The notes beneath the pieces are model-generated. The model was not told the DNA's origin, made no database searches, and saw nothing but the letters and a program-made list of their open reading frames with translations. From Neophaeotheca triangularis (taxonomy: Eukaryota), in assembly GCA_054600435.1 (NCBI GenBank), contig BAAIJX010000025.1, positions 62,001 through 126,000 of the forward strand: DNA of 64,000 bases, written 5' to 3'. This document shows positions 58,559-64,000 of the stretch, one piece after another (within the stretch, counting starts at the first letter, position 1; every line of letters begins with the position of its first letter). Made by a program: the position numbers and the translations under genes.

Positions 58559-59351
58559 TCATCTCGAAGCGCCCGAGTATTTGGTCTTGCCGAAATCCCA
58601 TGGTACGTATCTGTGTTCTATTGTCAGCCTACATTTTCTCATCAACCAGATCCGTGTCAAGTCTTACCGGTACTTGATCATGCTCTGGATCTGCCTCCTC
58701 ATGGTCAGGAACACCAGGATCAACCAGTAAACCACCAGAACTGGCCAGAAGACCGGGAGGTTGAAGATCTGGCTCCAGCAACACGCGAATCCCAAACAGA
58801 TAGCCTTCGTCGCGGAGTACCAGAACTTGAACTCGGGCAGTCTGCGCACGAAGGGCTTGAATTCCTGGTCGTTCTTTGTAGGCAAGGTAGATGGTTGTCC
58901 GTCCTCCATGTCCTGATCGGCTTCGAGCGAGGGGTCAAACTTGGGCGAAATGAATGCCAGGAAGAGGTTCAGGAGGTAGATTCCGAGGGAGTAGGCGACT
59001 GGTGTGCGCGTACAAATCAGCTTCAGTTCCTATACCAGCCTCCAGCAGCCACCTTCTGTATTTACGCACCGATGTACCATCCTTGCGCGAGTACTATGCG
59101 AAGAGCGAAGGCAACGAAGATGAGTCCCGTTGCTATCCACCGATAAGCTGTGTATGGAACGGACTTGTCGAGGTAGGCCTGGTAGATCTATTCGGATCAT
59201 CATCAGTGACTGCACACGTCGGCAACACACTGCTCTATCTTTTCCAGCGGTGGGATCGCAGTCCAGGTCCTGGTGCATCACTCACCCGCCCGTATTTGGA
59301 TGTTTGAGCGCTCACTGCCGCGAACGGCGTCTCTGGCTCCGGCGCATCCAT
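58559..59351 (-). CDS. RER1: Golgi-to-ER retrieval receptor Rer1, 188 aa; exons 59351-59286, 59187-59070, 58998-58668, 58610-58559
   Basis: [55 protein letters not shown]. Confidence 0.94.
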
Positions 59352-59790
59352 GCTTGATAACCCTCTGGTTGCTTTTTGTCAAGTTTCAAGTCGCTGTGGA
59401 TGAAGGTAGGTATGTTATGGGGTTCGTAACGAGAGCCGCTGTTTCAGGGAGGGTGTGAGTGCCTTCTCTTCTGGAAGCCACGTTGGACTTTTTGTTTGCG
59501 TATGCGACGCTAGCGGTGGCTGATGTCGGTAGGGGTTACGCCCGAACTCAGCCACAATTGCGCCCTAATCATACACAAGGGACAGCGTCTGCACGTGACC
59601 TTTGGCGTACTACTGAATACCTACCTACTTGCCTACCTACCTAAGGCAAGGTTAGTGCGGCTGCCCGCGGCTTTAACCCGGCTTTAGCAATCGTATGCCT
59701 CGGCTACCTGTAGCTGAGCTCCAATGCTGAACAACCTCAAGAGCCCTTTAGTTGTAGTCGATCAATTTCACAATATCGTGATCAGCAATC

Positions 59791-60721
59791 ATGCTTGCAA
59801 ACAGAGTAAGGCCCTGCGCTTCGCAGTTCAACAAGTTCATTGTTCCCTTGCGCGTCAGATACTCCACTCCGGCAGAGACCAGCTATGAGCACATTCAGGT
59901 TTCATCGCCCAAGCCTGGAGTTGGGATGAGTAAGTTGCGATCTTCCGCCTGGATTGCCTCAAGCATGCAACTTACAACCGACCCCAGTTCAACTCCACCG
60001 GCCCAAAGCGCTCAACGCCCTCTTCACCCCGCTTATCAAGGAGCTGAACTCCGCCCTCAAGGCCTTCGACAAGGATGCCTCCATCGGGGCAACAGTGCTT
60101 ACAGGCGGACCCAAGGTCTTTGCAGCTGGCGCAGACATCAAGGAAATGTCCAGCAAGAACTTCAGCGAAGCTTATGGCGACGATTTCATAGAAGAGTGGT
60201 CCGACCTACCCAATACCATCAAGAAGCCTGTCATCGCTGCCGTCAACGGCCATGCGCTTGGTGGAGGGTGTGAGCTGGCTATGATGACTGATATACTGTA
60301 TGCTTCGGAGGGCGCCAATTTCGGACAGCCCGAGATCAAGCTGGGCGTCATTCCCGGCGCAGGTGGAAGCCAGCGACTCAGCAGAGCCATTGGAAAGAGC
60401 CGTGCCATGGAGCTTGTCCTGACTGGCAAGTTCTTCTCCGGTAGAGAGGCGTATGAGTGGGGTGTTGCGGCTAGGGTGTGGGAGACTCCTGAGGAATGCT
60501 TGGAGCAGGCTATCAAGACTGCTGAGAAGATTGCTGGGTTCAGCAGAATCGCTGTCAAGGCGGGAAAGGAGGTTGTCAACAAGAGCCAGGATCTGGGCAT
60601 CAGGGAGGGCGTGGAGTATGAGAGGAGGGTGTTCCATGGGCTGTTCGGCAGCAAGGATCAGAAGGTTGGAATGAAGGCTTTCATGGAGAAGAACCAGAAG
60701 CCCGACTGGACGCATCGATGA
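59791..60721 (+). CDS. Mitochondrial short-chain enoyl-CoA hydratase, 290 aa; exons 59791-59929 and 59988-60721
   Basis: RPKALNAL, FAAGADIKEM, ALGGGCELAM, FGQPEIKLG, PGAGGSQRL; N-terminal presequence. Confidence 0.93.
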
Positions 60722-61497
60722 ATGCTGTAATTTACACAGGGCACCTCAAGTCTTAGGCATTTTAGGCATTGCCGTTGGTGTACTTGGGCGTGTACACAGA
60801 CTTGCATTCAAGCATTGGTTAAGGAATACATTGTAGGGAACGTCAAATGTCCGCTGAACGTTTTGAACGACTTTTGTTGTATGGCCAAGTCCGCCGATTC
60901 GTTTCGTTTCGTTCCTCGTTCCTCGTTCCTAATACTCCATCCAGGGTGAAATGTAGACGAACTTGCCTCAGTGAATCACTGTTCTAATCGTGTCTTCCAA
61001 TCACAATTCTACCTACTACTATGCGAAGGATCATTAAATACATAAGGTACAGCCAACAAGGTCGTGAGCACAGCCACAGCCATGGCACAGGACGCTGGCG
61101 CGTTGGGCAACGTGGCTGGCAGGGCTGAAGGCTTGTCGATCTTGGGGAACAACGACGGCGGAAACAGCAAGCCCAACCGCAAGAGACGCGATACCTCATC
61201 CTTCCACCTGGTATCATCGTAGTAATACGACTGCCTGACTCAAGGCATCCGCCCACGACCTGCTCATAACTACTAGTACACTCCTGCTTCTCATTTTGCA
61301 CCCCAAAACCCCAGTTGCCTGTGGAACCTACCCCAACCCAGCACGGCCATCCCTGAACCCTGAAACCAAACGAAGTCGCGAGCTGTCAACAAACGTCAGG
61401 CGTCTCTACAAACAACAATAACCCACTCCTTGCGCCTGAGCACTCTCCAGCCCTCCATCACCTTCCACAGCAGCCAAGCGGCCGCACAACCGTCACT

Positions 61498-62138
61498 ATG
61501 ACCCTCGCGGAAGAGTTCAAGTCGCGGAATTTCAGTACGCATTCCCCAAAGCAAAACCCGCGAAACCGATCGCAATAGCTAACAGCGCCGTCACAGGCAT
61601 CTACGGCCAATGGTAAGAGGAAGCAGCGTTAAGTACGGCGCGCGAACAGCATACTAACCACCCATCCGCAGGACCGGCGTGCTATGCATAGTCCTCTGCT
61701 TCGCACTGGGCATCGCGAACATCTTCCACTTCCACTGGGTCATTCTCTTCAGCGTGATATGCCTGTAAGCAGCCAGCACTTTACCCCCAGACCCAGACAC
61801 ACGGAACTGCTCCAGCTAACCAAACGCCCCACCTCAGCGTCTGCTCCTTCATCCTCCTCTTCATCGAAGTGCCCCTGCTGCTCCGCATCTGCCCGACCTC
61901 GCAAGGCTTTGACGGCTTCATCCGCCGTTTCGAGACAAACTACATGCGCGCCTCCATCTACCTCGTCATGAGCATTATCCAATGGCTCTCGCTTATTGCC
62001 TCGGCGACTAGTTTGCTGGCCGCGGCGATTTTCCTGCTCATCGCTGCTTGTTTCTATGCTCTGGCTGGTGTCAAGGGGCAGGGCTTCGTGGGCAGCAAGA
62101 CGCTGGGCGGGCAGGGTGTTGCGCAAATGATCGTTTGA
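61498..62138 (+). CDS. TVP18: Golgi membrane protein Tvp18, 148 aa; exons 61498-61534, 61597-61612, 61672-61764, 61838-62138
   Basis: MTLAEEFKSRNFSIYGQWTG..LGIANIF..FIEVPLLLRICPTS..SKTLGGQGVAQMIV. Confidence 0.92.
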
Positions 62139-62743
62139 GGGATGGACAGGGTCTAGGATCGGAGATGATGTGCTTAGGAGAGGGAACTTTGGAAGCTAAG
62201 CTGGTGTAGCTTGCGAGGCTCGAAGAGGTTGTGAAGTACTGTGGTTAGAAGAGCGCGAGTTGGCTGTCAGAGCGGGGATTGTGGGAAAACTACATGGGCG
62301 TTGAAAAGGCAAAGGGCTTGTGTGTGACGGCTGTACGAATGGACCAAGAGCGAGTTGTCTCTGCGTAGTACCCTCTTACTGGATACTTGTACTCAACATG
62401 GCTGCTGACAAACTAGTAACTCAGAAATCTTTGGCTTCAAAGGAAAGTCTCTTGCAGCGGATTCTGCTAGAAACGCTTGCTTCATGGGTTTCGAGACCAC
62501 TGACCGTGATTACCGTATGACTATGTCTTCACTGCAAACGTTTTGTGACTTCCCCAGCGCATTCCCGAACGGTTCCTTTCTCTCCCCTTGTTCCTCATGA
62601 ATGTTCACCTTGCCCTCAACATTCCCAAGCCACCCTCATATCTCGTTCTCGCTCGCGTTCAACGACACCTTTGGCCGCGCGGTCAAATTGAGCTTCAAGA
62701 TTCTAGCCGTATTCCATCTCGGGGGCGCTCTCACGGGCGCTCT

Positions 62744-63420
62744 CTAAGCAGCAGGGTATACGAGCCTGAAGATGTCATTGAAAACAAAGTAGCCGCCGCT
62801 GCCGTCGGACAGGAGCTGGAAAGTTTGGGTGTAGCTCATGGGTCGCTGCTCAGCCTCGACGAGAAGGGCGCCGCTGACCATGATGAGAATACCCCCGCTG
62901 TCGTTGCTGGGCTCGGCGTCGAGAGTTGAGACTTCGTGCTTGACTTGTGAGAAGGGCAGGTCCTGAGAGGTGGGTGTGTTAGTCTTCGGACTTTTCTCCA
63001 CTGCACGGTTGAGTGGTGGGCGTGGGGATAAGGGCTGTAGAGATGAGGACGTACGACGATCTTTTGGACGATGTTGGCTGAGCCTAGGATTGGGTCGCCC
63101 TCAAAGGTGAGCATGGAGTTGTCGCGCTGTGACGCAGGGTGATTAGCATAGTTCTTGCAAGTCTTGTGGAGGAGGGGGGGTTGGCTTACGTAGAGGGGAG
63201 CAAGGCCCGGGCGGTTGGCGTCGAAGGTCTCATAGTAGTATTTCACGAATTCCTCTGTTGATTGACTGTTAGCGTTCAGCATCCAAGTGCGCCCATACTG
63301 GAGAATAACTTATGCCATCCTCTAGATGTACAACGTACTCGCGATTCCCTGGAAGTCTGTGAAGCTATTAGCGGATTGTTGGCAGCGTTTCTTGTATTTC
63401 TCGAGCAACGTACCGGCCAT
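62744..63420 (-). CDS. NTF2: Nuclear transport factor 2, 126 aa; exons 63420-63414, 63356-63339, 63254-63190, 63126-63055, 62962-62744
   Basis: MADFQGIAKEFVKYYYETFD..LYRDNSMLTFEG..TLDAEP..VFNDIFRL. Confidence 0.94.
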
Positions 63421-63889
63421 GTTTGTGCTGAGAGTGTGTATTCAGTGTTCGTCTCTGTGCGGGTGCTGCCGGGTAGGGTGGGTATGGCTAGTGGGCAAGA
63501 TATGTGTGAAGAGTGCAGAGAGAGGTAGTAGTAAGTACTAGCAGGAGGTACAGAGAGTAGTGACACAAGGTGGGATGAGTCGGCAGGACGTTGTTTAAAG
63601 TCCCGACGGTTTCCTTGGCAGTGGCATGCAGCCGCATCAATCATCTCCAAGGCACTGGGCTGGCTACCTAAGTTGGTTATCGACGACAGCCAGCCGTCTC
63701 TCTCTCCTCGTTCCCTCCAGTCTCCCGTCTCTTCAGCCCCTCGCATTGTGAATCGGGGAGTGCACGAATCAGCGACATATCTAGCTGGTTATTTACAACC
63801 TCATCACCTCATCAACACGACTCTTACTAGACTCGCCGAATACCAGATACCCCTCCTCCTCCATAGCGACACACAGCAGCCTTGGAACG

Positions 63890-64000
63890 ATGGTTGGGAA
63901 GAAGTCAGGCCGCGCCCTTTTGCGGGAAGAAGGTGAGTTTCCCCCTCGTGTCATTTTATCGCGTCTTACTACTTGTACTATCAACCTGCGCAATCGCATC
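63890..64000 (+). CDS. First exon (63890-63932) and start of intron 1 of a probable INO80 subunit Arp8
   Basis: MVGKKSGRALLREE then a GTGAGT donor; resembles the Pezizomycotina Arp8 N-terminus as I recall it; only 14 codons are visible. Confidence 0.55.
   Translation, partial: MVGKKSGRALLREEGEFPPRVILSRLTTCTINLRNRI

Noticed and set aside
59188..59285. Possible intronic box C/D snoRNA in RER1 intron 1
   Set aside because: The box C match is imperfect and the CTGA coincides with the branch site; no terminal stem seen
60719..60730. Possible stop-codon readthrough to a cryptic peroxisomal PTS1 (stop contexts of most genes checked)
   Set aside because: No TGA-CTA context at any stop examined; here TGA ATG CTG TAA gives no SKL-like end
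1..64000. CRISPR arrays, rRNA, tRNA, mobile elements, secondary-metabolite cluster
   Set aside because: No repeat-spacer structure, cloverleaf, TE domain or PKS/NRPS backbone recognised by eye; tRNAscan-SE, Infernal and RepeatMasker would be needed to exclude small ncRNAs or relics

Overview
Gene-dense, GC-balanced eukaryotic DNA from a filamentous ascomycete (Pezizomycotina, probably a Dothideomycete; inferred from the proteins and the short GT..CTRAC..YAG introns). I reconstructed about 26 protein-coding genes, most of them spliced. For every complete spliced model the exon lengths sum to a multiple of 3. In order: ARG1 (partial), Clg1/Pcl-like cyclin, cytochrome b561 protein, ISA2, PGM, OSH4/KES1, RAD26, DUO1, a Rum1/Sic1-like CDK inhibitor candidate, a C2H2 zinc-finger protein, MCP1-like, carboxylesterase, GH31 alpha-glucosidase, TAD2, S53 tripeptidyl-peptidase, a class I glutamine amidotransferase-like protein, a signal-peptide-bearing Ppx1-like DHH phosphoesterase, ERG13, a type II membrane protein, Aquarius/Cwf11, complex I NUXM, BTA1, RER1, enoyl-CoA hydratase, TVP18, NTF2 and the first exon of a probable ARP8. 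There are also two probable pseudogenes and several microsatellites. I found no recognisable transposon, tRNA, rRNA or CRISPR array. The most interesting observations are: a CDK-inhibitor-like gene whose diagnostic motif only appears after splicing; a secretory-pathway exopolyphosphatase with a PHO-type E-box; similar Gly/His/Lys/Trp-rich segments on two unrelated secreted hydrolases; stop-free in-frame introns in AQR and TAD2; and a TACCT/AGGTA plus GATA-array signature recurring in intergenic DNA. Family assignments come from motif recognition, not from database searches.
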